From an uncultured Christensenella sp. (GTDB taxonomy: Bacteria; Bacillota; Clostridia; Christensenellales; UBA1242), in assembly GCA_964367785.1 (NCBI GenBank), contig CAYIZE010000006.1:1-32999 (forward strand): a stretch of 32,999 nt of DNA. The letters run 5' to 3'. The notes beneath the pieces are model-generated. The model was not told the origin of the DNA. It saw only the letters and a program-made list of their open reading frames with translations, and did no database searches. Positions 17,091 to 26,359 of the stretch are shown here, one piece after another. Each line of letters starts with the position of its first letter. The first letter of the stretch is position 1. A program made the translations under genes and the position numbers.

Positions 17091-17172
17091 CTAGAACTTT
17101 CTGCTGGAAAGTTCTAGTCCCAAAATTTTTGCAAAAATTTTGGGAAGTAAAAAGAGATAAAACTCTCTTTTT
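17091..17172 (+). terminator. Array of three abutting hairpins after the SPFH gene (terminator cluster)
   Basis: H1 is an 11-bp perfect stem (17091-17101 / 17107-17117). H2 is a 28-nt perfect palindrome TCCCAAAATTTTTGCAAAAATTTTGGGA (17118-17145). H3 is AAAGAGA / TCTCTTT (17151-17157 / 17164-17170) with T's following. Confidence 0.55.
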
Positions 17173-17320
17173 ACAATTTTCGCCCTATTCAACTAAATAA
17201 TGTTTTTAGAATTAATCAATTAAACTAATGCTCATTTTGAATAATTAAAATAAAAAAGCAAATTAATACATAAAAAAGAAGAAATTTTTAATAAAAAAAT
17301 AAAAAATGCTTTTATATATG

Positions 17321-17349
17321 TTGATATTATTTTAAGTATATATTATATT
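17321..17349 (+). promoter_or_regulatory. Candidate promoter of the DUF1858 gene
   Basis: -35 TTGATA (17321-17326), a 17-nt spacer and -10 TATATT (17344-17349). The AT-rich context makes chance matches likely. Confidence 0.35.
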
Positions 17350-17464
17350 ATAGGAAACCTAATCAAATTGAGCAAGAGCGAACAGTTTACGATAATAATT
17401 AATTTTTAAAATTAAATTTAAAAATTACTTTTGATAAATTGTTTATATTATAAGGAGAAATAAA

Positions 17465-17668
17465 ATGGAAATAACAAAAACAACAACTTTGGGCGAAATT
17501 ATGAAAAAATACAAAAACGCCGAAGAAATTTTGAAGAATTTTGGAATGCATTGCTTTTATTGCCCAATGAGTCAAATGGAAACTTTGGAAGAAGCAAGTG
17601 TTGTTCATGGCATTGATGTGGACTTTATGATTGAAAAATTAAAATCTGACCTTATTCCAAAAAAATAA
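17465..17668 (+). CDS. DUF1858 / hybrid-cluster-protein-associated redox disulfide domain protein
   Basis: 67 aa. TLGEIMKKYKNAEEILKNFGMHCFYCPMSQMETLEEASVVHGIDVDFMIEKLK matches the family signature (GMHC-x2-CP ... HGID). SD AAGGAG. Confidence 0.85.
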   Translation: MEITKTTTLGEIMKKYKNAEEILKNFGMHCFYCPMSQMETLEEASVVHGIDVDFMIEKLKSDLIPKK

Positions 17669-17817
17669 TGATAGCAATTTAAGAGCCTTTCAATTAGGTA
17701 AAATATCAACTAAAATCTACAACCTATTATATATAGGAAAAAATTTAAAAAGCAGCCGAAGTTTAGATGAATATTCCCCTCTAAAAATGCCAACCTAAAT
17801 TTATAGGGGGAAAGATT

Positions 17818-17991
17818 ATGAAAAAATCACCAAAACAAGAGGTTTGTTGCGATGTTAGCACCTGCATATATAACGTCGATGGCACTGGTTGCAGTAGACA
17901 GGCGATCGTTATCTCAAGTGACACCAAGAATGAGGAAACTCATTTTTGTAAATCTTTTGAGCGAGGTTGTGGGTTTAAAGAAGATAAGTAA
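17818..17991 (+). CDS. Small Cys-rich DUF1540-like protein (57 aa, not in the supplied ORF track)
   Basis: Hand translation: MKKSPKQEVCCDVSTCIYNVDGTGCSRQAIVISSDTKNEETHFCKSFERGCGFKEDK. SD AGGGGG lies 7 nt upstream. It has the same C-x4-C-x8-C-x18-C-xxF pattern as the 2380-2697 protein. The track ORF 17852-18034 is in another frame. Confidence 0.7.
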   Translation: MKKSPKQEVCCDVSTCIYNVDGTGCSRQAIVISSDTKNEETHFCKSFERGCGFKEDK

Positions 17992-18189
17992 AATTTTATT
18001 GTGCTTTTTCACAAATGAACAATATTGCGACTAAAAAGATGTGTGAGACTTGGTTTATATAAATATGCGTTTTTTTGTTTTTTAAAGATAATAATCAAAT
18101 TTCAAAAATCACTTGCTTAAAAAATTAATTTGACTTTGTTTAGCGGAATATAGCGAAATATAATATATTATGACTAAAAATCAAATTTT

Positions 18190-18225
18190 AAAAACTCGTT
18201 TTAAATGGCGAGTTTTTTATTTTTC
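18190..18225 (+). terminator. Rho-independent terminator in the DUF1540-rpsJ spacer
   Basis: Stem AAAACTCG (18191-18198) / CGAGTTTT (18209-18216) followed by TTATTTTT. Confidence 0.55.
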
Positions 18226-18309
18226 ACATGTTATGATATAGTTTATATGTGCAAGTTGCACAAACTTATTAAATGACAAAAAAATAGCATTTTTATTGAA
18301 AAAAAGGTG

Positions 18310-18338
18310 TTGACTAATGGACTCTCGTATAGTAAAAT
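18310..18338 (+). promoter_or_regulatory. Candidate S10 operon promoter
   Basis: -35 TTGACT (18310-18315), a 17-nt spacer and -10 TAAAAT (18333-18338). Confidence 0.55.
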
Positions 18339-18344
18339 CAACTC

Positions 18345-18535
18345 ACCTAGAAAAATGGGTTGAAGCGCAAAGTTACTGTTTTTAGCAACAAAAATAGAGA
18401 ATTTGTGTGGACAAGTTTGAATATCAATTCAAGCGAACCGACGAAAATCTTTAACAAGATTTTTTTTAAAGGGTTTAATATATGAAACACACGGTAAAGT
18501 GTATTGAACGCGTCGGTATGGGTAAAGGAGAAAGA
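18345..18535 (+). promoter_or_regulatory. Structured ~190-nt 5' leader of the S10 operon
   Basis: Hairpin TTGAAT/ATTCAA (18416-18431). Terminator-like AAAATCTT/AAGATTTT plus a T-run (18444-18467). Long-range complement CCGACG (18438-18443) / CGTCGG (18511-18516). Confidence 0.4.
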
Positions 18536-18844
18536 ATGGCAACACAAAAAATTAGAATCAAATTAAAATCGTATGACCACAACTTGATCGATTTAGCCGC
18601 TTCCAGAATAATGGAAACTGCGCTGAAATCTGGTTCCCAAGTTGCAGGTCCAATTCCACTCCCTGTGGAAAGGGAAGTGGTGACAGTTATTAGAGCACCT
18701 CATAAATATAAGGATAGTCGTGAACAATTTGAGATGCGAACTCACAAGAGAATTATTGATATTTACACACCATCAAGCAAGGCAGTTGACGCACTTATGA
18801 AACTTGAATTGCCAGCAGGTGTTGATATCAACATCAAACTATAA
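18536..18844 (+). CDS. rpsJ: 30S ribosomal protein S10
   Basis: [15 protein letters not shown]... with SD AAAGGAG. Trimmed from the track ORF start at 18482. Confidence 0.97.
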   Translation: MATQKIRIKLKSYDHNLIDLAASRIMETALKSGSQVAGPIPLPVEREVVTVIRAPHKYKDSREQFEMRTHKRIIDIYTPSSKAVDALMKLELPAGVDINIKL

Positions 18845-18864
18845 AGGTCGAGAGGAGAAAGAAA

Positions 18865-19503
18865 ATGGAAAAAGCAATTCTTGGAAAGAAAATTGGAATG
18901 ACACAAGTTTTCGACCAAAATGGAATAGTAACGCCAGTTACAGTCATACTTGCAGGGCCTTGCACTGTTGTCCAGAAAAAAACCGTGGATAAAGATGGAT
19001 ACAATGCTTTGGTGGTTGCTTTTGAAGAGTCAAAAGAAAATCGCAAGAATAAGCCAGAACTTGGGTTATTTAAAAAGGCAAACGTAACGCCAAAAAAATA
19101 TCTTAGAGAATACAAACTTGACAACTTTGACGAAATTGAAGTGGGGAGCGAAATCAAATGCTCCGTATTTAAAGAAGGCGATGTTGTTGATGTGACAGGA
19201 ACGTCAAAAGGTCATGGGTTCAGCGGGAACATCAAAAGATGGAACGCAAGAAGACTTAAAATGACTCACGGCACAGGACCTGTTCACAGAGAAGTTGGAT
19301 CAACGGGTGCAAACTCAAGTCCAAGCAGAGTTTTTAAAAACCACAAAATGCCTGGACAATTTGGTGTGGATAAAACAACAAACATCAATTTAAAAGTCGT
19401 AAAGGTTGACGAAGACAAGAATGTTATTTTAGTTCAGGGAAGTATTCCTGGAAGCAAGAACGGACTTGTGTCAATTCGCAGTGCAGTGAAAACGCAAAAA
19501 TAA
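18865..19503 (+). CDS. rplC: 50S ribosomal protein L3
   Basis: 212 aa. [16 protein letters not shown] motif. Conserved operon position. Confidence 0.97.
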   Translation: MEKAILGKKIGMTQVFDQNGIVTPVTVILAGPCTVVQKKTVDKDGYNALVVAFEESKENRKNKPELGLFKKANVTPKKYLREYKLDNFDEIEVGSEIKCSVFKEGDVVDVTGTSKGHGFSGNIKRWNARRLKMTHGTGPVHREVGSTGANSSPSRVFKNHKMPGQFGVDKTTNINLKVVKVDEDKNVILVQGSIPGSKNGLVSIRSAVKTQK

Positions 19504-19517
19504 GGAGTGATTAGAAA

Positions 19518-20147
19518 ATGCCAAAAGTTAAAGTTTACAACACAAAAGCGGAGATTGTTGGACAAATTACCCTTTCCGATGAAGTGTTCGGTTGCGAGTA
19601 TAATGAGCCACTCATTCATCAAGTAGTGGTGGCATACAACAATAATCAAAGACAAGGAACAAAGTCAGCATTGCTTCGTGGAGAAGTGAGAGGACATGCA
19701 AAAAAACCTTGGAAACAAAAAGGCACAGGTAGAGCAAGACAAGGCTCAACAAAGAGTGCACAATGGAAAGGCGGCGGAATTATATTCGCACCAAAACCAA
19801 GAGATTATTCTCAAAAAATTAACAAGTCAATGAAGACATCTGCTTTCAAAAGTGCTATCAGTGCAAAAGTGGCAGATAACGAAGTTTTCGTTCTTGAAAA
19901 TTTATCTGTGGAACAACCAAAAACAAAACTCTTTAATGAAATTTTAAAAAGTTTTGAAGTTGGCACAAAAAATGTAATGTTCGTTATGGCTGAAAAGGAC
20001 GAAAACGTTCTTCGCTCAGTTGCTAACATTCCAAATGTCCACATTACTTATGCGCAGGTGCTTGGAACATACAATATTGTTGCAAACACAAAACTTTACA
20101 TCACAAAAGATGCAATTAATAAAATAGAGGAGGCTTATAAACAATGA
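19518..20147 (+). CDS. rplD: 50S ribosomal protein L4
   Basis: 209 aa. [15 protein letters not shown] motif. Confidence 0.97.
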   Translation: MPKVKVYNTKAEIVGQITLSDEVFGCEYNEPLIHQVVVAYNNNQRQGTKSALLRGEVRGHAKKPWKQKGTGRARQGSTKSAQWKGGGIIFAPKPRDYSQKINKSMKTSAFKSAISAKVADNEVFVLENLSVEQPKTKLFNEILKSFEVGTKNVMFVMAEKDENVLRSVANIPNVHITYAQVLGTYNIVANTKLYITKDAINKIEEAYKQ

Positions 20148-20446
20148 ATGCCTACGATATTATAAAGAAACCATTATTATCAGAAAAAAGTTATGCAACA
20201 ATTCATGACAAAAAATACACTTTTATTGTTGATATCAATGCAAACAAAATTTCAATCAAACAAGCAGTTGAACAGATTTTTAAAGTAAAAGTAAAACAAG
20301 TTAACACTTTGATTGTGAAAGGAAAAGTCAAAACTCAAAACACAAAACAGGGCAGAAGTGTTGGCAGAACAAGCGATTACAAAAAAGCAATCGTTTGGCT
20401 CACAAAAGAAAGCAAGCCTATCGAATTTTTTGAGAGTTTGAACTAA
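20144..20446 (+). CDS. rplW: 50S ribosomal protein L23
   Basis: 100 aa. [12 protein letters not shown]-terminus. Overlaps the rplD stop by 4 nt. Confidence 0.96.
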   Translation: MNAYDIIKKPLLSEKSYATIHDKKYTFIVDINANKISIKQAVEQIFKVKVKQVNTLIVKGKVKTQNTKQGRSVGRTSDYKKAIVWLTKESKPIEFFESLN

Positions 20447-20461
20447 GAGGAGTGAAGAAAA

Positions 20462-21295
20462 ATGGCAATATTTAGACATAATCCAACAACACCTGCACAA
20501 AGGTTTGTTATGACAGCAGACTTCTCTGGGCTCACAAAGAAAAAACCCGAGAAAAAACTTCTTTCAGTCAAAAAACACAAAGGCGGAAGAAATGGACAAG
20601 GGAAGATTACTGTTAGACACATTGGCGGTGGAAACAAACAAAAATATAGAATAATTGATTTCAAAAGAAATCACGATGATATCCCTGCAAAAGTTGAAGC
20701 GATTGAATATGACCCAAACAGAACAGCAAACATTGCGCTTTTAAGTTATGCAGACGGCTCAAAATCATATATTCTTGCTCCCGTTGGCTTAAACGTTGGC
20801 GACAAAGTTATGAGCGGGGAAGTTATTGAAGTAAAAGTCGGAAATTGTATGCCTCTTGTTAACATTCCTGTGGGAAGCGTGGTGCACAATATCGAACTTC
20901 GTCCTGGACAGGGCGCTGTGATTGCAAGGTCAGCAGGTATCTCTGCGAGATTTATGGCAAAAGAAGGCAATTATGCCACTTTGAAAATGCCAAGTGGAGA
21001 GATGCGAATGGTGCCTGTTAATTGCAGAGCAACTTTGGGACAAGTTGGTAATATTGATCACGAACTTATTTCACTGGGAAAAGCCGGAAGAAAAAGACAT
21101 ATGGGCGTCCGTCCAACAGTGCGTGGTTCAGCAATGAACCCTTGCGATCACGCTCATGGTGGTGGAGAAGGAAAATCTCCTGTCGGTCACGCTGGCCCAC
21201 TTACTCCTTGGGGCAAACCTGCTCTTGGATTTAAGACAAGAAATAAGAAGAAGAGCACTAATAAATTAATTATTAGTAGACCAAAAAAGAAATAG
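20462..21295 (+). CDS. rplB: 50S ribosomal protein L2
   Basis: 277 aa. [16 protein letters not shown] and [16 protein letters not shown] motifs. Confidence 0.98.
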   Translation: MAIFRHNPTTPAQRFVMTADFSGLTKKKPEKKLLSVKKHKGGRNGQGKITVRHIGGGNKQKYRIIDFKRNHDDIPAKVEAIEYDPNRTANIALLSYADGSKSYILAPVGLNVGDKVMSGEVIEVKVGNCMPLVNIPVGSVVHNIELRPGQGAVIARSAGISARFMAKEGNYATLKMPSGEMRMVPVNCRATLGQVGNIDHELISLGKAGRKRHMGVRPTVRGSAMNPCDHAHGGGEGKSPVGHAGPLTPWGKPALGFKTRNKKKSTNKLIISRPKKK

Positions 21296-21308
21296 GGAGA
21301 TATAAAAA

Positions 21309-21590
21309 ATGAGTAGATCATTAAAGAAAAAACCATTTGTGGAAGAAAGATTGATGAACAGAATTAAAGTTTTGAACGAGACTAACACAAAAAAACCTTT
21401 AAAAACTTGGTCGAGAGCTTCGGTTATTTATCCTGATTTTGTTGGACACACGATTGCTGTTCATAACGGCAAAAAACATATTCCAGTGTATTGTACAGCC
21501 GAAATGGTTGGACATAAACTTGGTGAATTTTCTCCAACAAGAACATTTAAGGGACATGGCTCAGATAAGGCAAAGGCAAAATCTAAATAA
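21309..21590 (+). CDS. rpsS: 30S ribosomal protein S19
   Basis: 93 aa. [11 protein letters not shown]...[11 protein letters not shown]. Confidence 0.97.
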   Translation: MSRSLKKKPFVEERLMNRIKVLNETNTKKPLKTWSRASVIYPDFVGHTIAVHNGKKHIPVYCTAEMVGHKLGEFSPTRTFKGHGSDKAKAKSK

Positions 21591-21601
21591 GGAGAGGAAA
21601 A

Positions 21602-21988
21602 ATGGCAAAAAATGTTAAAGAAAAAACGATTAAAATAAACGAATCTCGTGACACAAGACCTATTGCTATTGTTAAATATTTAAGACTTAGTGCTTCAAAA
21701 CTTAACATTGTGATGAATATGGTTCGAGGTAAAAAATATGAAGAAGCAGTTGCTATTTTGAAGAATACTCCAAATAAAGCAGCCGGAATGATTTGCAAAG
21801 CGATTGAATCTGCTTGCGCAAATGCCGAAAACAATAAGGGCCTAGATAAGAGTGATTTATATGTCGCAGAACTTTACTCAGGTCAAGGTGCAACATATAA
21901 AAGACAAAATATTCGTGCCAGAGGCAGAGTCGACCAAATTTTAAAAAGAACAAGTAACATAACAGTAATACTGGATATGGCTAAGTAA
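21602..21988 (+). CDS. rplV: 50S ribosomal protein L22
   Basis: 128 aa. LRLSASKLNIVMNMVRGKKYEEAVAIL core. About 13 aa longer at the N-terminus than Bacillus L22, as recalled. Confidence 0.96.
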   Translation: MAKNVKEKTIKINESRDTRPIAIVKYLRLSASKLNIVMNMVRGKKYEEAVAILKNTPNKAAGMICKAIESACANAENNKGLDKSDLYVAELYSGQGATYKRQNIRARGRVDQILKRTSNITVILDMAK

Positions 21989-22001
21989 GGGAGAGAGTAG
22001 A

Positions 22002-22673
22002 ATGGGACAAAAAGTTAGTCCAAACGGACTTAGAATTGGTATTAATAAAGGTTGGAACTCTTTGTGGTTTGTTAAAAAGGCAGATTTTGCAAAATACCTT
22101 AAAGAGGACAGCGTCATTAGGACTTTCATCAAAAAGAAATATTACGCTTGTGCTATTTCTAAGATTATGATTGAAAGAACTTCAAAAAGAGTTGTCATCA
22201 GCATCTACACTTCTCGCCCAGGAATTTTGATTGGTCAAAAAGGCGTTGGTGTGGAAAACATTAAAAAAGAAGTGATGGGACTCACAAATGCAGAATCAGT
22301 TTCCATCAATATCAAAGAAATTAAAAATCCAGACACAGATGCAACTTTGGTTGCGGAAAGCATTGCTAGTCAACTTGAAAAGCGTGTTCAATTTAGACGT
22401 GCTATGAAAATGGCTATGCAAAAAACAATGAAATCTGGCGTGAAAGGTATCAAAACAATGGTTGCTGGTCGTCTTGGCGGAGCAGACATTGCAAGAACAG
22501 AGCATTATCACGAAGGAAGTTTGCCACTTCAAACATTAAGAGCCGACATCGATTATGGCTTTGCAGAAGCAAAGACAACTTTCGGTATGCTCGGAGTTAA
22601 AGTTTGGATTTATAACGGAGAAATTTATACAAAAAAGACTTCAAAGGAGGTAACGAAGAATGTTAATGCCTAA
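22002..22673 (+). CDS. rpsC: 30S ribosomal protein S3
   Basis: 223 aa. [14 protein letters not shown]-terminus and KH domain. Confidence 0.98.
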   Translation: MGQKVSPNGLRIGINKGWNSLWFVKKADFAKYLKEDSVIRTFIKKKYYACAISKIMIERTSKRVVISIYTSRPGILIGQKGVGVENIKKEVMGLTNAESVSINIKEIKNPDTDATLVAESIASQLEKRVQFRRAMKMAMQKTMKSGVKGIKTMVAGRLGGADIARTEHYHEGSLPLQTLRADIDYGFAEAKTTFGMLGVKVWIYNGEIYTKKTSKEVTKNVNA

Positions 22674-23136
22674 GAAAGTTAAAAGAAGAAAAGTCCAAAA
22701 AGGAAGAATGAAAGGCAAAGCCACTCGTGGAAACAAACTTGCATATGGCGACTTTGGCATAATTTCAACAGAACCTTCGTGGATTACCTCAAACCAAATT
22801 GAATCTGCTCGTATAGCTCTAACAAGAGTTGTTAAAGGAACAGGTAAAGTTTGGATTGACATTTTCCCACACAAACCAATTACTAAAAAACCTGCCGAAA
22901 CTCGAATGGGTAGCGGAAAAGGTAACCCAGAATATTGGGTGGCAGTTGTGAAACCTGGCAGAGTGTTGTTTGAAGTGAAAGGTGTTACTATGGCAGTTGC
23001 AAAAGAAGCAATGAGACTTGCAGGACACAAACTACCATGCGTAACAAAATTCATTGCCAGAGAAACCGAGAAAGAAACTGCTCCTGCCGTTATGAATGAA
23101 AACGAAACCAAAGTGGAAGGTGGTGCAGAAGAATGA
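22660..23136 (+). CDS. rplP: 50S ribosomal protein L16
   Basis: 158 aa. [11 protein letters not shown]...[19 protein letters not shown]. Confidence 0.98.
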   Translation: MLMPKKVKRRKVQKGRMKGKATRGNKLAYGDFGIISTEPSWITSNQIESARIALTRVVKGTGKVWIDIFPHKPITKKPAETRMGSGKGNPEYWVAVVKPGRVLFEVKGVTMAVAKEAMRLAGHKLPCVTKFIARETEKETAPAVMNENETKVEGGAEE

Positions 23137-23354
23137 AAATAAAAGATATTAGAAGTATGACTAACGATGAATTAAATTCAAAGTTAATGGCTGTCAAAAC
23201 AGAGTTGTTCAATCTTAGATTTCAACACGCAACGGGAAACCTTGCAAATCCAATGCTTTTGAACTCTTTGAAAAAAGATATTGCAAAAATAAAAACTGTT
23301 CTTACCGAAAGAGAAATGGATATCAATGAAGATATTAAAAAGGCTAAGGCATAG
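23133..23354 (+). CDS. rpmC: 50S ribosomal protein L29
   Basis: 73 aa. [14 protein letters not shown] motif. ATG overlaps the rplP TGA. Confidence 0.95.
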   Translation: MKIKDIRSMTNDELNSKLMAVKTELFNLRFQHATGNLANPMLLNSLKKDIAKIKTVLTEREMDINEDIKKAKA

Positions 23355-23360
23355 GAGAGG

Positions 23361-23624
23361 ATGATGGAAGAGATAAGAAATAATAGAAGAACAAAAACTG
23401 GTGTGGTTGTTAGCGACAAAATGCAAAAAACTTGCGTTGTGTCTGTCACTTCAAACGTGAAACACCCACTATACAAAAAAGTCGTAAAAATTACAAAGAA
23501 GTTTAACGTTCACGATGAGAATAATGATTGCAAAGTGGGAGATTTTGTTGAAATTATGGGGACAAGACCTATCAGCAAAAACACTCATTTCAGACTTCTT
23601 AGAATAATTGAAAAGGCAAAATAA
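23361..23624 (+). CDS. rpsQ: 30S ribosomal protein S17
   Basis: 87 aa. RRTKTGVVVSDKMQKTCVVSV...HDENNDCKVGDFVEI. The tandem ATG at 23364 is an equally plausible start. Confidence 0.96.
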   Translation: MMEEIRNNRRTKTGVVVSDKMQKTCVVSVTSNVKHPLYKKVVKITKKFNVHDENNDCKVGDFVEIMGTRPISKNTHFRLLRIIEKAK

Positions 23625-23639
23625 TAGGAGGAAGTTAAA

Positions 23640-24008
23640 ATGATTCAACCACAAACAAAATTAAAAGTTGCCGATAACACTGGTGCAAAAGTTATTATGT
23701 GTATCAGAGTTCTTGGTGGATCTTTTAGAAGAAGTGGAAACATTGGTGATGTTATCATTGCCTCTGTTAAGAAAGCAACTCCGGGTGGTGTTGTGAAAAA
23801 GGGCGATGTAGTGAAAGCAGTTATTGTTAGAAGTTGCAAAGGTCTTCAAAGGGCTGATGCTTCAACAATCAAATTTGATGACAACGCTGGCGTTATTATT
23901 GATAACCAAAAGCAACCACGTGGGACTCGTATTTTTGGGCCTGTTGCTAGGGAACTAAGAGAAAAAGGTTATATGAAAATCGTTTCTCTTGCTCCTGAAG
24001 TCTTGTGA
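23640..24008 (+). CDS. rplN: 50S ribosomal protein L14
   Basis: 122 aa. [17 protein letters not shown]. Confidence 0.98.
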   Translation: MIQPQTKLKVADNTGAKVIMCIRVLGGSFRRSGNIGDVIIASVKKATPGGVVKKGDVVKAVIVRSCKGLQRADASTIKFDDNAGVIIDNQKQPRGTRIFGPVARELREKGYMKIVSLAPEVL

Positions 24009-24023
24009 GGAGGGACATAGAGA

Positions 24024-24578
24024 ATGATGAAGATGAAGATTAAAAAAGATGATATGGCACTCGTTACTGTTGGGAAAGAAAAAGGTAAAGTTGCCGAAGT
24101 AATGGAATGTTTCCCAAAGCAAAAGAAAGTTTTGCTCAAAGGGTTGAACATGATTGTCAAACATAACAAGCCTAAATCTGCCCAAGACAAAGGCGGAATT
24201 GTGAAAAAAGAGGGAATGATTGAAGTTTCAAATCTTATGGTCGTTTGTCCTGTTTGCCACAAAGCAACTAGAGTTAAGATGGGGCTTAATGCTAAGAACG
24301 AAAAAGTTAGACTTTGCAAAAAATGCGGTGCATCACTTGATAGTGCTGTGAAGAAAGTTGTTAAGAAGAAAACTTCCACTGTTAAAGCAACCACAGAAGC
24401 TCCTGCAAAGGAAGAAAAAGTGGCAAAAGTTAGCGCAGTGAAATCAGAAAAGAAGACTCCTGCAAAAGCAACTGCAAGCATGACACAAAAACACGAAACA
24501 AAGACTAACATTAAAACAACAAGAGCAACAACGGTGAGAAAGTCGGCAAGCACAGCTAAAAAAATTGGCGGAAAATAG
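24024..24578 (+). CDS. rplX: 50S ribosomal protein L24 (zinc-ribbon form with a ~80-aa Lys/Ala/Thr-rich C-terminal extension)
   Basis: KOW core (KKDDMALVTVGKEKGKVAEV). CPVC...CKKC at residues 75-101. 184 aa, against roughly 100-105 aa for typical L24. Confidence 0.95.
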   Translation: MMKMKIKKDDMALVTVGKEKGKVAEVMECFPKQKKVLLKGLNMIVKHNKPKSAQDKGGIVKKEGMIEVSNLMVVCPVCHKATRVKMGLNAKNEKVRLCKKCGASLDSAVKKVVKKKTSTVKATTEAPAKEEKVAKVSAVKSEKKTPAKATASMTQKHETKTNIKTTRATTVRKSASTAKKIGGK

Positions 24579-24587
24579 GAGGATAAA

Positions 24588-25157
24588 ATGGCAAAAGAAA
24601 TAGTTAAAAAAGAAGTTGCAAGACTTCGTGATTATTACAAAAAAACTATTGTTCCAGCATTGCAAAAAGAATTTAACTATAAAAATGTGATGGAAATCCC
24701 AAAACTTGAAAAGATTGTGGTTTGCATGGGACTAGGTGCTGAGAAAGACAACTCAAAGAGTTTCAATCTTGCGCTTGAAGAACTTGGACTCATCACAGGG
24801 CAGAAACCAGTTGCAACTTTGGCTAAAAAGTCAATCTCCAATTTCAAACTTAGAGAAAAGCAAAAAATTGGTGCAAAGGTAACGCTTAGAGGTAACATAA
24901 TGTATGAGTTCTTAGACAAACTTATTTCCATTGCTCTTCCAAGAGTGAGAGATTTTAAGGGAGTTAATACAAAGGCATTCGATGGCCGTGGAAATTTTGC
25001 TCTAGGCATTAAAGAGCAACTTATATTCCCAGAAATTTCGTATGAAAAAGTCGAAAAAGTCAGAGGTATGGATGTTATCATTGTTACCACTGCCAAAACA
25101 GATAAAGAGGCATGTTCACTCATAAGTTTATTTGGAATGCCCTTTGCGAAGAAATAA
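24588..25157 (+). CDS. rplE: 50S ribosomal protein L5
   Basis: 189 aa. [32 protein letters not shown]. Confidence 0.97.
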   Translation: MAKEIVKKEVARLRDYYKKTIVPALQKEFNYKNVMEIPKLEKIVVCMGLGAEKDNSKSFNLALEELGLITGQKPVATLAKKSISNFKLREKQKIGAKVTLRGNIMYEFLDKLISIALPRVRDFKGVNTKAFDGRGNFALGIKEQLIFPEISYEKVEKVRGMDVIIVTTAKTDKEACSLISLFGMPFAKK

Positions 25158-25184
25158 TTTTTTTTAAAAAAAAGGAAAGATATA

Positions 25185-25370
25185 ATGGCAAGAAAAGCAA
25201 TGATTAACAAACAACAAAAAGTGCAAAAGTATAAAACGAGAGAATATACAAGGTGTTCCATTTGTGGACGACCACATGCTGTTCTCAAAAAATATGGCAT
25301 TTGCAGAATTTGTTTTAGAAATATGGCTTACAAAGGTGAAATTCCCGGCGTTAAAAAGTCTAGTTGGTAA
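25185..25370 (+). CDS. rpsN: 30S ribosomal protein S14, type Z (zinc-binding short form)
   Basis: 61 aa. [20 protein letters not shown]. Confidence 0.97.
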   Translation: MARKAMINKQQKVQKYKTREYTRCSICGRPHAVLKKYGICRICFRNMAYKGEIPGVKKSSW

Positions 25371-25385
25371 GAAAGGAGAAAGAAA

Positions 25386-25784
25386 ATGATAGTAACAGAT
25401 CCAATTGCAGATATGCTAACTCGTATGCGTAATGCGCTAACGGTAAAGAAGAATGAAGTTTTAATTCCTGCTTCAAAAACTAAAAACGCCATTGCAAAAA
25501 TTCTTTTCGATGAGGGTTATATCGAAAAGTATGAACTTGTAGATGACGGGAATTACAAATCTATTAAAGTCACTTTTAAATTTGGACCAAGTGGAGAAAA
25601 GGTTATTCAAGGCTTGAAAAGAATTTCAAAACCAGGGCTTAGAGTCCACGCTGAATGTGGGGACATTCCAAGAGTTTTGAATGGTCTTGGGATAGCGATT
25701 GTTTCAACAAATAAAGGTATTATGACGGATAAAGAGGCAAGAAACCAAAATGTTGGTGGAGAAGTCTTGGCTTTCGTTTGGTAA
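25386..25784 (+). CDS. rpsH: 30S ribosomal protein S8
   Basis: 132 aa. [14 protein letters not shown]-terminus. Confidence 0.98.
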   Translation: MIVTDPIADMLTRMRNALTVKKNEVLIPASKTKNAIAKILFDEGYIEKYELVDDGNYKSIKVTFKFGPSGEKVIQGLKRISKPGLRVHAECGDIPRVLNGLGIAIVSTNKGIMTDKEARNQNVGGEVLAFVW

Positions 25785-25797
25785 GGAGGAGAGAGAT

Positions 25798-26343
25798 ATG
25801 TCTAGAATTGGAAGAATGCCAATCGTGATACCTGAAGGAGTTACTTTAACTATTGATAGTGACAACGTGGTTCACGTGAATGGAAAACTTGGCACTTTGT
25901 CACAAAAAGTGGATAAACAAATTAAAGTTGAATTGACTGGAAATGAAGCCATTTTGACAAGAAGTAATGAAAGTTCAGAAGCAAAAGCAAAACACGGACT
26001 ATACAGAATGCTTGTGGCAAATATGGTGACTGGCGTGCACGAAGGGTTTAAGAAAACTCTTGTAATCAACGGTGTTGGTTATAAAGTGCAAAAGCAAGGA
26101 AATAAAGTTGTTTTTAACGTTGGATTTTCTCACCCAGTTGAAATGGTTGAAGGAAACGGAATCACTTTTGAATGTCCAGATATATTGACAGTTGTCGTAA
26201 AAGGTATTTCAAAAGAGAACGTTGGGGAGATTGCTTCTAAAATAAGAAGTATAAGACCTGTGGAACCATATCACGCTTATGGCGTTAGATATAAAGATGA
26301 AGTGGTTATTAGAAAAGTCGGCAAAGTTTCTGGTAAGAAATAA
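25798..26343 (+). CDS. rplF: 50S ribosomal protein L6
   Basis: MSRIGRMPIVIPEGV with SD AAGGAGGAG. Trimmed from the track ORF start at 25750. Confidence 0.97.
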   Translation: MSRIGRMPIVIPEGVTLTIDSDNVVHVNGKLGTLSQKVDKQIKVELTGNEAILTRSNESSEAKAKHGLYRMLVANMVTGVHEGFKKTLVINGVGYKVQKQGNKVVFNVGFSHPVEMVEGNGITFECPDILTVVVKGISKENVGEIASKIRSIRPVEPYHAYGVRYKDEVVIRKVGKVSGKK

Positions 26344-26359
26344 GTTTAGGAGATAGAAA

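Noticed and set aside
16910-17200. 96-aa plus-strand ORF overlapping the end of the SPFH gene and running through the hairpin array.
   Set aside because: It is out of frame with a gene that ends in a clear zinc ribbon. It crosses three stable hairpins and has no SD.
17852-18034. Track ORF of 60 aa (MLAPAYITSM...).
   Set aside because: The overlapping frame that starts at 17818 has a strong SD and a 4-Cys DUF1540-like pattern shared with the 2380-2697 protein. The 17852 frame has neither.
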